A DNA stretch of 59,842 nt, counting the filler, from Sphacelaria rigidula (Eukaryota): NCBI GenBank assembly GCA_964200075.2. It is 4 parts of 4 records of this genome, joined end to end, with 100 filler letters (N's around TTAATTAATTAA, not from the genome) between each part and the next. Parts side by side here need not be neighbours in the genome. Positions count along the whole stretch, not along the records: positions 29,977 to 44,861 come from CAXNAA020002006.1; 3 more parts are not named here. One strand, 5' to 3'. Of the stretch, positions 30,105 through 43,720 are shown piece after piece. A program made the position numbers and the translations under genes. A model generated the notes under the pieces. It had not been told where the DNA came from. It did no database searches and was given only the letters and a program-made list of their open reading frames with translations. The stretch's first letter is position 1. Every line of letters starts with the position of its first letter.

Positions 30105-33100
30105 GACGCACATACGACGCATACGACGCGCTTCGAATTACTCTACGTTAAAGGGAGGGAGGGGCGTACTCATTTGTTGCTTGCCGTAGCCGTTTAACCA
30201 TTGACCACGCATCCATTTCGAGACGCTGCACCGTTTTTACTCCTAATACAGACACCTTCGACATCCCGGCGATCATTACGTTTCTTCCTTACCTTACACA
30301 AAAACCTTTTACACATCTTTTCCCCGTCCTATTTCGCCGTCTCTGGCCACCATATATCTCCTAGTACAACCATCGTTTTCTCCCTACTGTCTAATGCATC
30401 GAACGATTCCATGCCACCTTCGTTCACGCCCCGCATTTCCCCCTCTGGCACGACCCGCTGCTCCTTGTCTAGTTTACATTCTGCCACTATATGACCTATT
30501 GCTTTCTATCGCTTTGCCACAGGGACAGTTCTGTCCATCTACTTCCTCCTCCTTTCGACGACTGGTATAAATCTTTCTCCTTTCTGGCAGGTCCAGGTTC
30601 CCCACCAGAAATCGCAGTTTCATATTTTTGGCAGCGTCCATCGGGCCATGCAAATATGCTTTTACCCCTATCCCCTCTCTCACCACCCCGCATATATCCA
30701 GGTGTTTTTCTTCGTCTACTTTGCGTCTCAACGCTCCTTTTCCTCTTATTTCGATCATATCTCTCACTTTTGCCTTGTACCCCGCGTCTTTATCTATGGA
30801 CAATATTTCGTCTTGGTTTCCTCCTATCTCCTCCCATATTTTCTCGGTTTCTTCGTCCCACCTCACTCCAGCCTTCCCTTTCGCACGTTTCTTCCATACA
30901 GCCCTATCAACTACAGCTGGCAATCTCTTCCTCTGTATGTTCCTTACGCTATATTGCGATCGCAATTTCCTCATATCTCTGTTTTGAGTGAGTACATTCC
31001 CAACTCTGCTCTCGATGCTGTATTACTCGTCGTTTTCGAGCATCCAATTATTGTTCTTAGCCGTTGCCATCTGTACTGCTTCCAACTTCTCCACCAACTT
31101 CACGTTCCCATCTCATACGTCTCCTGCATATCTCAGCTTTGGTACGATCACGTTCATCGGGATACATCACTTGACTCTAGTGTCTAGGCGCCGGTCTCTG
31201 AGGATCACGTGAATTCTTCCTATCTCTACCTTACCCTTTTCTATTACTTTCTTCATGTGTGAATCCCTACAACAGTTTGTTGAGATCTCGACGTCAAGGT
31301 ATGTATGCTGGTTTACGATCGGCAGCTCCTCTTCTCCCAACTTCCACTTGAACTGTCCGGGATTTTTCTTGTCTTCGTTACAGACGAATACCACGCAATT
31401 GTAAACGTTCGCTGTCACTCTCGATTCCTAGTGTATCCTCCCGCCTTGTCTATTTGTGTCTGTAATCCTTGTAGTGCGTGAGAGGACCGCTTGCTTAGAG
31501 GACCGCAGCGGAATTTGAACATCCCTATGGTTAGGGTTAGGGGTGGTGTTGGGCTTAGTGTTGGGGTTAGGGCCAAGGGCGTGATCCCCGCGGGGACTGG
31601 CTCGATTGATTTAGAAAAATGTCGATTCTAAGGTGTTTCGAACTACCATGCAGTGTTCTAAGCACGCGGTCTCCTCACGCAGTACAATCCTTTCGCTGTT
31701 TCAGAAGCCCCCACAAAATCATCCGCAAACGTCAATCCTGATACCATATCTTCACCCACCTTGACCCCTTGATTTGCTGCTTTTATTGCTATTATCAAGT
31801 CGTTAATAAAGACCTTGAACATAGTGGGTGATAACGTACATCCTTGTGCAACTCCTTGTAAAAGCTCAAAATATTTCGATATTTCCCCGTCTAGCATCAT
31901 GACACTTTTGGCACATTCTGTCATTTTCTCTACCATTCTCCACATCTTTCCTCTGATCTCAGCTTCCCACAACTTCTTCCACAACTCATTTCTCCATACT
32001 GTGTCATGAACCTTTTGCACGTCCAGAAAGAAACAGTACGTTGTCAGCCCGGTGTCTTTCCTACCCTGAATAATCTTACTTAGCGTGTACACACATGGTT
32101 TACCCAACTACCGTTTGGTCTAAATCCTGCTTGTCCCTTCCTGATTTTCTATTCCTTTTCTACTATCGTTCCTACTCTATCGTTCAGAATCTTACAGGAT
32201 GTTTACCCTACCGTGCTCAGTAGCGTTATCCCTCTATAGTTTCCTGGGCCAGCCTTGCCTCGTTTTTTGAAAATATTGACGACTACTCTTTCTCTCCATC
32301 TCTTGAGTGTTGACTCCTTTTCCCAGATCCAGTTATACAGCATAACTATCATGGTAATCTCTCCCCCCCCCGTACTCGAGAAATTTCATTCATTATTCCG
32401 TCTGCCCCTACCGCCTTCCTGTTCTTGAGTTTAGCTACGCACTCCTTTACTTCATCTCTGGTTTTATTTCTCTGCAATTCTTTCGAGCCTCTATCCTCCC
32501 GTTTCGATGTCTCTACATTTGCCTCTGCCCACGCATTGATTTCTTCTTCGAATTCCATGTCGAACTCCGTGGTTGTTTCTGGTGTTCTTAGTTTACGGTA
32601 GTGCTCTACTAGCACTTCTCTCTTTCCCTTGGAAGTACTGGCCATTTTGCCGTGCCGTGCCCGGAGCGTAGCCATCCCCTTGTCTATCTTTCGTGCCTCG
32701 TTTCTCGTTATCCCTGTTATCCCTGCCCACACTTGCTTCATTCCGCCAACGAAGTCTACATTTGTCTTATTCACTACACCTCCCCAAGCTTCCTTCTTTT
32801 TCTGCTGTACCATCTTTTTTACTTCCTTCCGAGCTTCAGCATACTCCTTTTATCCTACTGTAGTTTTGCTCGACATCCATCTCGCGTGGGCCTCTCTCCT
32901 TCCTCTGACAGTCTCTTTCCCTTCCCCATCCCACCGTTTTACTGCTCTGTTGCATGCGATCAGTTTCCTCCCTACGATTTTACTCGCTGTGTTCTTGCCC
33001 ATCTTCTCCCATCCTTCTTTGAGCTTCGCTCCTGCCCGATTTCTTTTCATTTCGGTATCCACTGAGCCTACGCGTTCCAACCGCTCGGAAAATATCACTG

Positions 33101-34500
33101 CATTTTTTGACATCTTTTCTTGGACCTAATGCCGTTTTTCTTTCGTATCTAGTTCATCGATTCTCCAATTGTAAAGCTTCCTACCCCGCCTATTTCTTTT
33201 AGCTCTAGTCTGTTGCCTTTCTGTCTATATTAGGCAATGATCTGTGGTTCCCACATCCTACGCGCATACATATATTTCCATTTCTTCACTATTTCCATGC
33301 TCTACCACTACATAGTCAAAAACGGAGTGTTCTCTCTTTCTTCCTTTGCATTCCCTCGTCCATGTCCATTGTGCCTCTGGCTTTCGTGGTCGTCAATCGT
33401 TCATCGCCTTCATCTCGTTATGCTCAAGGAACTTGAGCATTTCTACCCCATTCGTGTTCTTCTCATCTTCCCCGTACTGCCCAATCATATCATCCGGTTG
33501 ACCCACTTCTCCTACCCTTGCATTGAAATCTCCCACTAGCATTGCTTCTCCTTGCCTTTTGTACTTATGTACATCTGCTGCTATCTCTCCAAACCTCCGT
33601 GTAAATCGTTCACCCTGCTCTTCGATTCTGGGGGCATGTAGATGTTACCTATGAAGAAGTCCCTCGTTCCCCGGTCTCATGTTATCCTCATCCATATGAT
33701 CTCGTCGAATTTCGTGTCGTCGATCACTTCTATGATGTCACATAGATATTCCTTGACCAAGAATCCTACTCCCCCCGCTCCCCTGCTCTTGGGCTTCTGT
33801 CCCTTCCGCTTCTTCCCTATCCATACGTACTCTTCAAGTTTGTATCCTATTTCTGTCCCCTCTGTCTCCCATGACTCTTGGATTCCTACTATATCTAGGT
33901 CGTGTTTACTCACTGTTGCGCTATCTTTTCTAGTTTGCGCTTGTCTGTGACGAATCCACACACATTCCACGATCCTATTTTTGAACTTTCTTTCCGAATG
34001 ATTATCTGCTCTCGTGTTGTCTACTGTTCTCTCTCCGTCGCTTTCACTTTTACTTTCCCTCGCTTGGTTGTTTTCCCGTTTCTGCTTTCGTCTTTGTTTA
34101 TTTGCTTCGGGCCGCTATATCCCCTCCCCTTCCCCTTCCGGACACTTACCTGTTCCTGCCTCTCTTCCCCTCCGTATACCCGTGCACTACGTTCTAGGTT
34201 TATTGTTCCATTAGCTACGCATACTCTCCACCCTAGTCCTCTAACCCATGTCGACACCTTGCTTGTCTCTATGCTTTCCCACTCCTTGCTTGCGCTATGT
34301 TTTAGCGTGACTCGGAAGTGTTTTCCCTCCCTTTTTACACACCCTCTTGCCAAACAGTATAGTCCAACTCCATTGCATTTCCGTTCGAACTCTATTCTCG
34401 TCATATCGCTACGAACTCCGAATAAGAGCACTACTAGTAATTGATGCGTCTACTCTTTACTTCTCCATCCACCCTTCCTTACCGTCTCTCTCTCTCTCAA
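30105..34500 (-). mobile_element. Decayed LINE (non-LTR retrotransposon): ORF1 remnant and ORF2 with APE endonuclease, reverse transcriptase and C-terminal Cys/His motif
   Basis: APE motifs DIVGIQESW, GGVGFLVKE, IGNIYMPP, LVGDFNARVG; RT motifs FFLDVQKVHDTVWR, GVAQGCTLSPTMFKVFINDL, FADD; C-terminal CPCG..HIVAEC; many frameshifts; ORF1-like frame 34021-34431. Confidence 0.93.
31471..31685. mobile_element. 215-bp MITE with ~29-bp TIRs, 7-bp TSD and internal TTAGGG-like repeats
   Basis: gtagtgcgtgagaggaccgcttgcttaga / tctaagcacgcggtctcctcacgcagtac; AATCCTT on both sides; removing it restores the LINE frame ETAKGLQTQID. Confidence 0.9.
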
Positions 34501-36863
34501 TCTCTTTCGAGATAATCTCCAGCTTGTTCATTTCAATTTTATTGGTGGAATGTAGACAGCGCACTAGGACATCCCAATCCTAGTACTCGTTGGGCGGTCT
34601 GGTGTCTTTCAGTTTGTTTGCTTGCTCACTGACACTAAAGGACGCCTCCAATACGTGCTCGTAGCCTGACGCCAAGTTCAACACCTTTGACACACGTAAC
34701 CCACGACTGTGCCAGTCGATCTTCATGGTAAACCACCCAGGCGTCTAACGATCGTATTCTTCATCTTCTTGCCCCTCTGCTGTACTGGCTACTTCCCTCC
34801 AGGGAGGTTATTTTCACTGTATAAGGTTTAAGGACGGCCTGCATAACACAAGGTCTCGCTCACATCGGGACATCCCGTACATCACTTTTCGTGTACGGCT
34901 CAGCATGGGTCGCTACTCCACTGATGCTTCCGAGTAGACCTTCGCTGCCGAAAACTTTGCCAACTATTCCCCCACACTTTGTGGTAGCTTCTATCAATAG
35001 AGGAGGGGGGGGGGTACCTCGGGCCGTTTCCTACGTAATTCTACTTGCAATAATCGATGAAAGCAGCAACGGTTGTTCGAATGCGCTTGCTTCCGATGAA
35101 TAACGCTCATTCATACTGCTCGACACCGCCTTTACCCAAAGACAAGCGCACCGCCAGTGTGTGAAGTCGTCTGAAACACCTCGGAGCCCCTTTTCTCGCG
35201 GAATGATTGGCTGCGCGACCAATTTCGGGTGTCCGAACGGACGCCAAAATCGTTCCGATATTGGTTTTTCACCTAGGACGCCAAGATTTCGGTGATCGCA
35301 ATCGAAATTTTTATGGCATGTATCGGTTGTCAATAGCTATCGGTAGGTGAAGGAATGAATCATTCACGAACTCGTTGTCGTAGAAGGTTTCCGACACCTG
35401 AAATTGTAAGGTTTTGGAGGGTGGGCGGTAATGACGGAGAGGTTAGCCTAGCGGGTGACGATATCACAAGAGCGCCAAACGATTAGATTCTTGCATCATT
35501 GTGCAAGCGCAACGCGGGGTGTCATTCTGAAAAATAAACGCTCATCTGGGATTTCCACCTGAAAAGTGGACATCCATCCGGGAGATCCTCCTGGAATCTC
35601 AGTTCGCCCTTCAGCTGTATTTTTCCAGCCAATGAAACTGGTATACTGTTACCAGGCGTGCCGAGTGCGTGTTCCGTGTCTTCCATTTGTTGAAACACCT
35701 GACTATCAACCATCCTACTTCCTATCTACCTTTCGTTTATGACTCTGGGACATGGACATCCATTCGGGATGTCCATCTGGAACCTTACATCTATCTGGTA
35801 TATCTCATCTATCCAGGACAGATAAGATATGTTCCATTGTCACACTACACAGCACTCTACCGGGGCACCCCCCCCCATGCAGTGTATTCATGCCTTAGCA
35901 GTAGTGCACTCGACACTGCGCATAATCAGCGCACGCTCATCCACATGCGTTGTTATCAGAGCACATGTCCTTCACGGGCTAGACTTAGGCTGCATTAGAC
36001 TTTCAGTTGGTGGGGCTTTGGGACCGGTTGGGTTATGAGCGGAAACCTCCGCCCAGGAACAATAACCGACGGAACAAACGGATCCACTGTCTGGCACAAT
36101 AGCGCAGTATTCACCTGGAATATGGATACCCATCTAGAACATTCACGTGGGATATTCACCTGAGATGTCCCCGTCAACGTGGGGTATCCCTATTGAATGT
36201 CAGATCTACGTGATGAGTTCATTTGAGATATGCCAGAATCAGATGGAAATCTGGGGTGGATATCCCAAATGGATGTAATGAATACCCATTTTACGGAGAT
36301 TAGTTGTATCACACATGAATATCCATGCCCCAGACCTATATGGATATTGTATCCGAGATGACCATCCCAGATTAATATATATAACCCAGATAGATCTAAA
36401 ATCCTTCATGGACACCCATGTTCATAAGACTAATATCCCAGATGGTGGTTGCATGATAATGAAGGGCTCCCCCAATTGGTCTTCGCCGTAGAGATTTTCT
36501 AGATAAGCGTCCACGTCCGTCCGGGGCATCCCAGATCCGGATGGCTACATCCCAGCTTTTTCCCACTTTCTAGATTGATATTCCAGATGGGCGGTATTCC
36601 AGGTGGACGTCCCAGAGGTATACCGGATGGATTGTAGAATATCCCAAACCAACATGCACAACGGGCGTCCCAACTTGACACTCCAGATGAAAATCCACAC
36701 CACCCTGATTGAAGTTTCAGGCGAATGTTTCCTCGATCGATATCCCAGGTGAAGATTTGTATCCCAGACGCAGGGCCCCACCTCTTCGATGGGCATCCCT
36801 ATCCCTTTGGAGGCTACTGTATGAAGTACGTAGTCCAAGATGGATTTCATCTAGGACATCCCA

Positions 36864-38935
36864 CGTGTGTGTGTTGTGTGTTGTTATATCATCTATTGTG
36901 GACGCCAGTCTACAACTTTCGGTATATGCGGGCGCACCTTACGGGGTCACACAGGAGGAAGGCCAATACGGAAGTGTTTTTTTCATTTGTTCTAGTCTTT
37001 TTTTTATCTTCCTTCTGCGGTACGTTGCTTGTTTTTTTATCGCGAGAGGGGTCCAGTAGTCCTTTTCCCTCGTCGGTCGTGAAGTCAAACTTTGTGTACC
37101 CACGACATAGTCACTCTCCACTGTTGGGTATGGTGTAAGAAAAAATCCCAGATCATGTGACGGCACCGAGATTCGAACCACATTCTGGACAGTGGACATA
37201 ATACTAGTCCACTGCTTCAGCAAAAGACACGGGGAAAATCTGTCGATATATATTATCGTCCACCATAGATGGTGAAACACATCTATTGATATGTATTGCA
37301 AGGGACAGTAGATGTTGCAATAGTTGATCGATAGCCTGTGGGAGTTACAAAAGATAGATATCACTCGACATCGATGGGTTTTGTGTACCGCAATATATTA
37401 TGACTTGTATACATCGATAGCCATTGCCGTTATCAATAGGTGTGGTGAGCCATCCGTCGATAGTTATTGCCGTCATCAAAAGATTAAGTGAGCCATCTAT
37501 CAATACCAATTGCCGCCATCAGTAGATTTGGTGAGCCATCTTTCGGTAGCCTCTGCCGCCAACAATGCATTTTTTGGTATCTACCAATATGGGCATTGCC
37601 GTGAACAATAGATTGCTCCCGGGAGCGGCCTTTCGGCAGACAGTGACGCCAACGATAGGTTTTGAAAAATAGATAGCTCACTGCAGTGGTCTCATGACAT
37701 CAACGGCGAAACCCCTTACACATGAACACGCAACGACCTGAGGCGATAGCTGGCGGTAGCTTCTGTGGAATAAGGCGGAAACATACATGGAAAAATGTGC
37801 ATACATAGCGCTAGTGATCGACGCTATTCAGCTACTTTTGTGGTCAGCAGTAGATACTGGTGGCCGCGATTCAACTTGCATTGTGACTAGCGGTAGACAT
37901 TGGTGGCCGCGATTCAGATTCTATTACGACCCCAAATGGACATTCGTGGGCGCAGTTGATATCCCACTGTGATCAACAATATGTGTTGTTGATCGCGTGG
38001 TAGATCCTATTGTGATTGGCAATAAAAATCGGTGGCCACAATTCAGAGCATATTGAAAAATATAAAATGTATCGATAGACAACTTGGCCCCTCCATTGTC
38101 ACGACGATGGTACATTCTGTCCCTTGTCCCGAATGTATTGTCGCCTACAATAGCTATCGATAGACTTTGATGCCAGTCGATTATGACGGACAATGAACAT
38201 TGACAGTCAAATTTTCGGGGCTATGGCAGCGCCAATGTTCTATTACATAGTCTATTATCCAGGGTACACATACTAACAACAAGAGTTTTAAACTTTTGCC
38301 CACACATGTTGCGGATTCCTATAAAATACGAGCCTTCCAAAATGATAGAAACGTGATGTCATACATTCACAAGTGGTATCATTATATTATACCCACTGCA
38401 TGTCCACCTGCGGCTTCTCTATCGTACCTAAACGGAGTATAAACTGCTCTTTGCGTAGTATGTTATGATGTAGGTGTGGCGATAGACGACAAAGAAAATC
38501 TATCGGTAGGCATTGTATACCACAGTAGGTTCTGGTATGTATCTATCGATATTTGTTGCCGCCATGCATAGATTTAAATGCAATCTATCAATAGCCATCG
38601 TCTTCATCAATAGATTTGGCTCGGGGTCTATCAACAGCCGTTGCCGTCATCAATAGATTTCGAAAACTATCGATCGATACATTTGGTCGGCCTCAATAGA
38701 TTTCGGTGTAGGGCCACGAGTGTGGGAAACTGGTCTGTCGATAGACATTGCCAACGACAGCAGGAAGATGAACTTGCCGATCGATGACCATTGCGGACGA
38801 CGATATTGACATCTACTACAGCAGATTATATTGCTATCGCAAAAGATACCGTCTATTGTCCAGGGTGTGACTCGAACACACGACCCAACCGTCACAAGGT
38901 TTTGAGGTGACCAACTGAGCCACCAGAGCAACCGA
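36864..38935 (-). mobile_element. tRNA-derived SINE (36864-37178 plus 38870-38935) interrupted by a DNA element
   Basis: Pol III A box TGGCTCAGTTGG (38911-38922, minus strand), B box GTTCGAATC (37170-37178, minus strand), (CA)n-like tail at 36864-36882. Confidence 0.8.
37179..38869. mobile_element. Non-autonomous CAC..GTG DNA transposon (CMC/CACTA-like) with ~40-bp subterminal repeats
   Basis: Termini cacattctggacagtggac / gtctattgtccagggtgtg; AC on both flanks; repeated gccattgccgtcatcaatagatttgg units; inverted sister copy at 43721-44790. Confidence 0.75.
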
Positions 38936-39184
38936 CCAGGTCCAGATGAATATATCCCCGTCGGATTTTCATGCTCCAGATTAATATATCAGAAGAACGC
39001 CTCAGGTAGACGTCTCAGATTGGTGTTCCGGAACCCGTCTGAGGTATCCCAGAGGAACACCCAAAATCGACGCCCAAAACGGTCGTTTCAGATGGATATC
39101 CTACATGGACGTCCCGGACGGATATTCCGGTAAAACCCTACGGTAACCTAGGTAAACCTTCCTCGACGAGTTCAGTGTCCGCGA

Positions 39185-39480
39185 TTGAGAAACCAGGTAC
39201 TTCGGCACATCTCGTAAGCAGCTTCCAGGTTGACTTCTTCTCATCCAGCCCAATCCACTTAACTTCGACGACGTACTCCTCAACACCAGCCGCCAAGCCC
39301 ACTACCTCGATGTTTCCATGTCAGACTTACCCCCTCGTGTCTAGGAGTGTTGGATACTTCCTTCAGCTGACCGTCAAATACAATAAAGAATCGACCTATG
39401 AGCGCATTCTCGCGATATATACTTCCTGTGATGATGTCTTTATCACTGTCCATACGCCCTACAATGTTTTGACACTACCC
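39185..39480 (-). pseudogene. Gypsy (chromovirus-type) integrase C-terminus/chromodomain fragment
   Basis: Minus strand reads YIARMRS..DS, then EVVGLAAGVEEYVVEVKWIGLDEKKSTW, a chromodomain-like Y-V-KW-G..TW pattern. Confidence 0.7.
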
Positions 39481-41194
39481 TTCATGGCCGAGTCTGCTTA
39501 CCCATGAGTTTCGGTGTGCGGGGTGTCTGACCCGTGCTAAAAGCACGGCGTCTCCTACCGCGAAGTCGGGTAATACCCCTGTAGTACGAACATTTTGTAC
39601 CCTTTCTGATTCTTACGCACGAGCTCGAAAACCTCGTTGTGCCATTTTTCTTGTACTTGTATCGAACGTGCGACCATTTCTCACTCGTGGATTGGTTCAA
39701 GGCTGTCTACCTTCATTCATCATTCCGAGGCACTACGGCGCGGGAAACACCGAAAACAGTTTCAACTAATGCCGAGACAGCCCCCCTCACAAACAGTGAG
39801 TGCACCGGAGACCGTCAGTACAAACCGGCTGCGATCCCAATTTTGGGCTCGTTTCCAGCAATTTCGCCCACATGAGAGACGTGTAACAGTCCGAAATCAG
39901 TTATAACGTCCAAATGAGTCGCGTCGTGAAGTGCGAAACCAGCTCTAACGGCATTTATAATCTTTGCTTCCGTGTTCTTTTTTGGCCAATTCGGAGGAGG
40001 GGCTATCTCGGCAGCAGTCTTTCCGACCGAATATCAGGTGGTGCTTCTAATACCGCTTGAACCACGGGCACAGTCCCCTTCCGGTCCCGCAACAAAATTT
40101 GCGGGACATTAAGCGTTGATCTGGATGCTGCGAAAAAGCGCTCAATTTCGGCTCGGTCAGACGTAAGAAGAACAACGCCGAAGTTTTGCCAAACATGTGT
40201 GGAGCTGGTATAGAGCGGTTGGTATGGAAACTAAGCGAAATGTATCCGTTCATGTTCGGAATAGAATGAAAATTTGTCGCTGGAAACGCTTCACAGGTTG
40301 AAAAATGAGGAATTTCATTCGACGAAAACTCTCTGTTCCCGTAAATGTTCAGTGGGGCTCGCGAAAACCGTGCATATTTTCTTACATCTGGCGGAAGCCC
40401 GGAAAATGGCACGTTGTGAACTCGAGAGAGCCGTTTTGATTTTACGAAGCATTAAATAAGGTTGGAATATGTGAGGCTTTCGCACTTGTGCAATTGTGAG
40501 CATCGAAACGCTGCAGGCAATCAGTGCGCTAACGAATTGTCCGGACGTTTCTCAGCTACTGCAGACTACGCTGCTTGAAATTTAACTTAACACCGTTACT
40601 CAGGCAAGACCTTGCTGTAAGCACTTGATGGCGTGGGTTATAAATGAAACTGCCAGTTATTGATAATAGAACGCCCTTGTTCATGGCGAAACCAAATCTC
40701 GCCTTGGCTTGCGATGGCCTCCTGGGAGTCGTTTTATAAAAATAAAAACACACACCCCTCTGAGCACGCGACCATCTGTACATGAGATGAGCTCATATAT
40801 TACAGCCAGCTCCGGTGTGGGTCACGCCAGCAACAACCAAGTCATCCGCAGAGGTATTATTCCTGCACTCCGCATGCCACGAAGGTCTCTACGAGGTTTT
40901 GATCCCTCTACATCCCCCCAAGTGGTATGTGTAAGATTCGTGTCCTTGTGCCAAACGTCGGGCAAAATCAACGGCGATAAGGACCATACCTCCTCGACGT
41001 GTGATTGAATGTTGGTGCAGCCGTCCTTGCTCGCGCGTGTGTGAGAAAACAACAGAGGCGACGGGAACTTTGCTAGGAATTAGAAATATGGTTTCAAATA
41101 TTTACGTATGTTCATGTCTGGCGCACCACAAGTTACGGTTGAGCTGAGAAATAACGAAGTAGCAAATATCGTAGTGGTCGAAGAGTTAGAACAT

Positions 41195-41300
41195 CTGATT
41201 GGTTGATGGATTGATTGCTTGGTTGGCGCACTACAGCTGCCCCCGGATCTAGCCGTGGTCACATGACAGACGTACCCAAGACAAAACAAAACTGAAACAC
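41195..41300 (-). mobile_element. Retroposon 3' end with (CAAT)n-like tail, same family as 12590-12710
   Basis: Reverse complement gggtacgtctgtcatgtgaccacggctagatcc..gtgcgcc..caatcaatcc. Confidence 0.65.
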
Positions 41301-41548
41301 TCGCTGAAGAAAAAAAAGGAACAGAAAAAAGTCGAACAGAACGACATAGTAGACTAAGACGTCAAAAATAAGTTGAATAAAAGTTCAAGAAAAAGAAACA
41401 CAAAACGAAATGGTTGGTCTGAGGCAACGTTTCATATACGAAAAAATAAAACTTGTTGAAAAGGGCATTTTTTTGCCCTTCTCCGTCGTTTCTCCCCTAC
41501 GAAGAGAGGGCTAGGCGGATGGTGACACCTTGGAATGACTTGCTCATC

Positions 41549-42080
41549 TGTCGTGAAATAATGGAGAGGCCAAGAGCAATAGTTGAAGCAATGTAAGGGT
41601 CGTATGCAGAAAGTCAGGATATTGTCAGAATATAGAGAATCTAGGTATGTACAGTCACATGAAGAGTCTACAATATGAGAGTTTGAACGTGCAGTTCCAG
41701 GATACGAATAATCTATGGATAGAATTCATAGATTGGGATAGGCCTTCGCTATTACTCCCCACAGCTTCCCACCTCAACAGCTTTGTCAACTTATTATTAG
41801 TTTTCTGTGTTGAGAAGCGACCAAGCGTTTATCTTCTGTGTTGGCTGAGTGAAACGCCTGTGAAAACCATCGAACGGTCGTTCTTTTATCGCATATCGAG
41901 AGTAATTTGACAGTTAGTGTGTACCCTTTGCGGAGTTTATACTGTTACCAATACGGTGGAGTCTACTTCTCTTGTCACTTGACATAAGTCGAGCGAACTC
42001 CTGTCCTCGGAACACTTGAACACGTATCTCAGCATATCTCTTGAAGAGGCAGCCAATTTTCCCCCAACAGGTTATGGGCC
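41549..42080 (+). mobile_element. Copia-type LTR (41549-42069) with half-tRNAiMet primer-binding site GGTTATGGGCC (42070-42080)
   Basis: TGTCG..CAACA termini; GGTTATGGGCC directly after CA is the anticodon-arm tRNAiMet PBS known from Drosophila copia; the LTR truncates a MITE arm at ~41462-41548. Confidence 0.7.
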
Positions 42081-42977
42081 TCGTGGTATAAGGGTTTGAG
42101 CATCAGTACGTGACTGCAGTGCCGTAGTCAGCATCAGCGACAAGGACGCCCCATCAGGGACCTCAGCTGCAGCAAGAAAGGAGCGCGCGGGAGTCTCCAC
42201 TGTTTTTAGCCCATTTTCTAGGATCCACTGTTTTTAGCTTATGATTGTGGTGTAAAATATGTGTGAACACACACATCTATACATACAGATCCTAAAACGC
42301 CATAGTCCCGAGCCTGCCATGTCAATACCAAAGCATTTTTTCGCTTGAACATGCGAAAAATTCTGACTGTACGTTGATGACGATATGACGATCACAACAA
42401 TAAGCACGGTTTGTTTGGTGCTGTACTGAACTGTACAATACCGTGCTGGACAGTAACACATCGTGCTTATATGCGTGCGGTGCAAAATACTACACAGTTA
42501 GCGCGGCATATGCGCTACGTATGGCTGAACAAAGTGGATGCCTGTAACTTTGGGTGCATGGGGGTCTTATATATCGTTAGCTACTTCAGTATACATCACG
42601 ACGCCCGCTCTCGCAGGATGCGCACAACTGTAGCCAGCAGGACGTGAAAGGGAAGCGGGCAAAGTACAGTTCAGACAGCGCAGGACTATATATATATTAT
42701 GCATGTTTTCTGCTTACCGTGCGACGTGAAAAGGACTTGAACAGTGTGCGCAGCTTTGTCTGCCTGCAATGTCCATCAATGTGTATGCAATAAGCCGCCG
42801 GTTATTCCCCGCACCCTACCCCGCGTGGTTCCGGCGCCGCGCGATTCGGCGATGATGTAGGAAGATGCTCGAGTGTAAACTTCCACCAACAAGACATACA
42901 TCAAACCCAACTACGGCATTGTGCAGCTATCCCTCCTCTGGAGAAATGATGCTAATGTTCGCTCTGCTGTTCATATT

Positions 42978-43466
42978 TCCCTCTGAGGCCGCTCCTTATC
43001 ACAGACAAGATCAAACATGTGGCAAAATGCCTTTTTGGAGCTTCTACGTCGTTTTACGCCCTACAAGAGTGCTATGCGGAGTTTGACACCTTGAAATGAC
43101 TTGCTCTACTAGCTGAGGCGATTCCACGATAGCTTCCCGTTTCCCGGTGGCCGCAGCTTTTGTTTTGGCTAAACATATTTTTTTGTCCGAAGACGGTCAA
43201 GTCCAGAGAAAAGTGGCAGTTTTTTCTAGATTTGGCCGTTCTTGACTCTTCTTACACAAAAAATCTTGTTTGGCTAAAATATAGACTATCTGTGGCCAGC
43301 GGAGACCACAAGGATGCCCTGGAACCACCTCAACGAGTAGAGCAAGTTTTTATAAGGTGTCAAACACTGCCTAGCTCTGTTTTAGGGCGTCAAACGACGT
43401 AGAAGCTCCAAAAAGGCAGTTGTCCAGATTCATATTTGTGTCTGTTACAAGGAGCGGCCTGAGGGA
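42978..43466. mobile_element. ~490-bp MITE/foldback element with ~150-bp imperfect inverted arms
   Basis: 42978-43125 is the reverse complement of 43320-43466; partial copies at 1-65 and ~41462-41548. Confidence 0.85.
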
Positions 43467-43720
43467 CGTTCACGAAAACCTCAGAAGTCTGGAGGGATTT
43501 AGACCTCAGAAGTCACTGGAGCATCAGATGCCCTCCAGAGGCTTCGTTTCATGACCGGAACTGAGTATGGAATATCCTCTAGGGTTTTTTTTTTATCCTC
43601 CGGAGGGTCACTTTACCCTCGAGAAGATGAAAATCGCAATGGAGGATTTGAAAGGGGGTAGCCGAATGGTCGCGACTTGTTTCCAAACAATTAACTGTTC
43701 AGAATCGTGTGCAACTAGTT

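Larger units (their letters stand above)
35520..39183. mobile_element. Non-coding repetitive element rich in GGATATCC/CCAGAT/GGACATCC words, split by a SINE
   Basis: The same word composition lies on both sides of 36864-38935; the right end cagtgtccgc resembles the reverse of gcggacactgtactagtcg at 3461. Left boundary approximate. Confidence 0.5.

Noticed and set aside
37400-37680. ~40-bp repeats as a CRISPR array
   Set aside because: Degenerate tandem units with no unique spacers and no cas genes, in a eukaryotic transposon context.
38870-38935. tRNA gene
   Set aside because: A and B boxes are present, but I see no complete cloverleaf, and it continues into a SINE body and tail.
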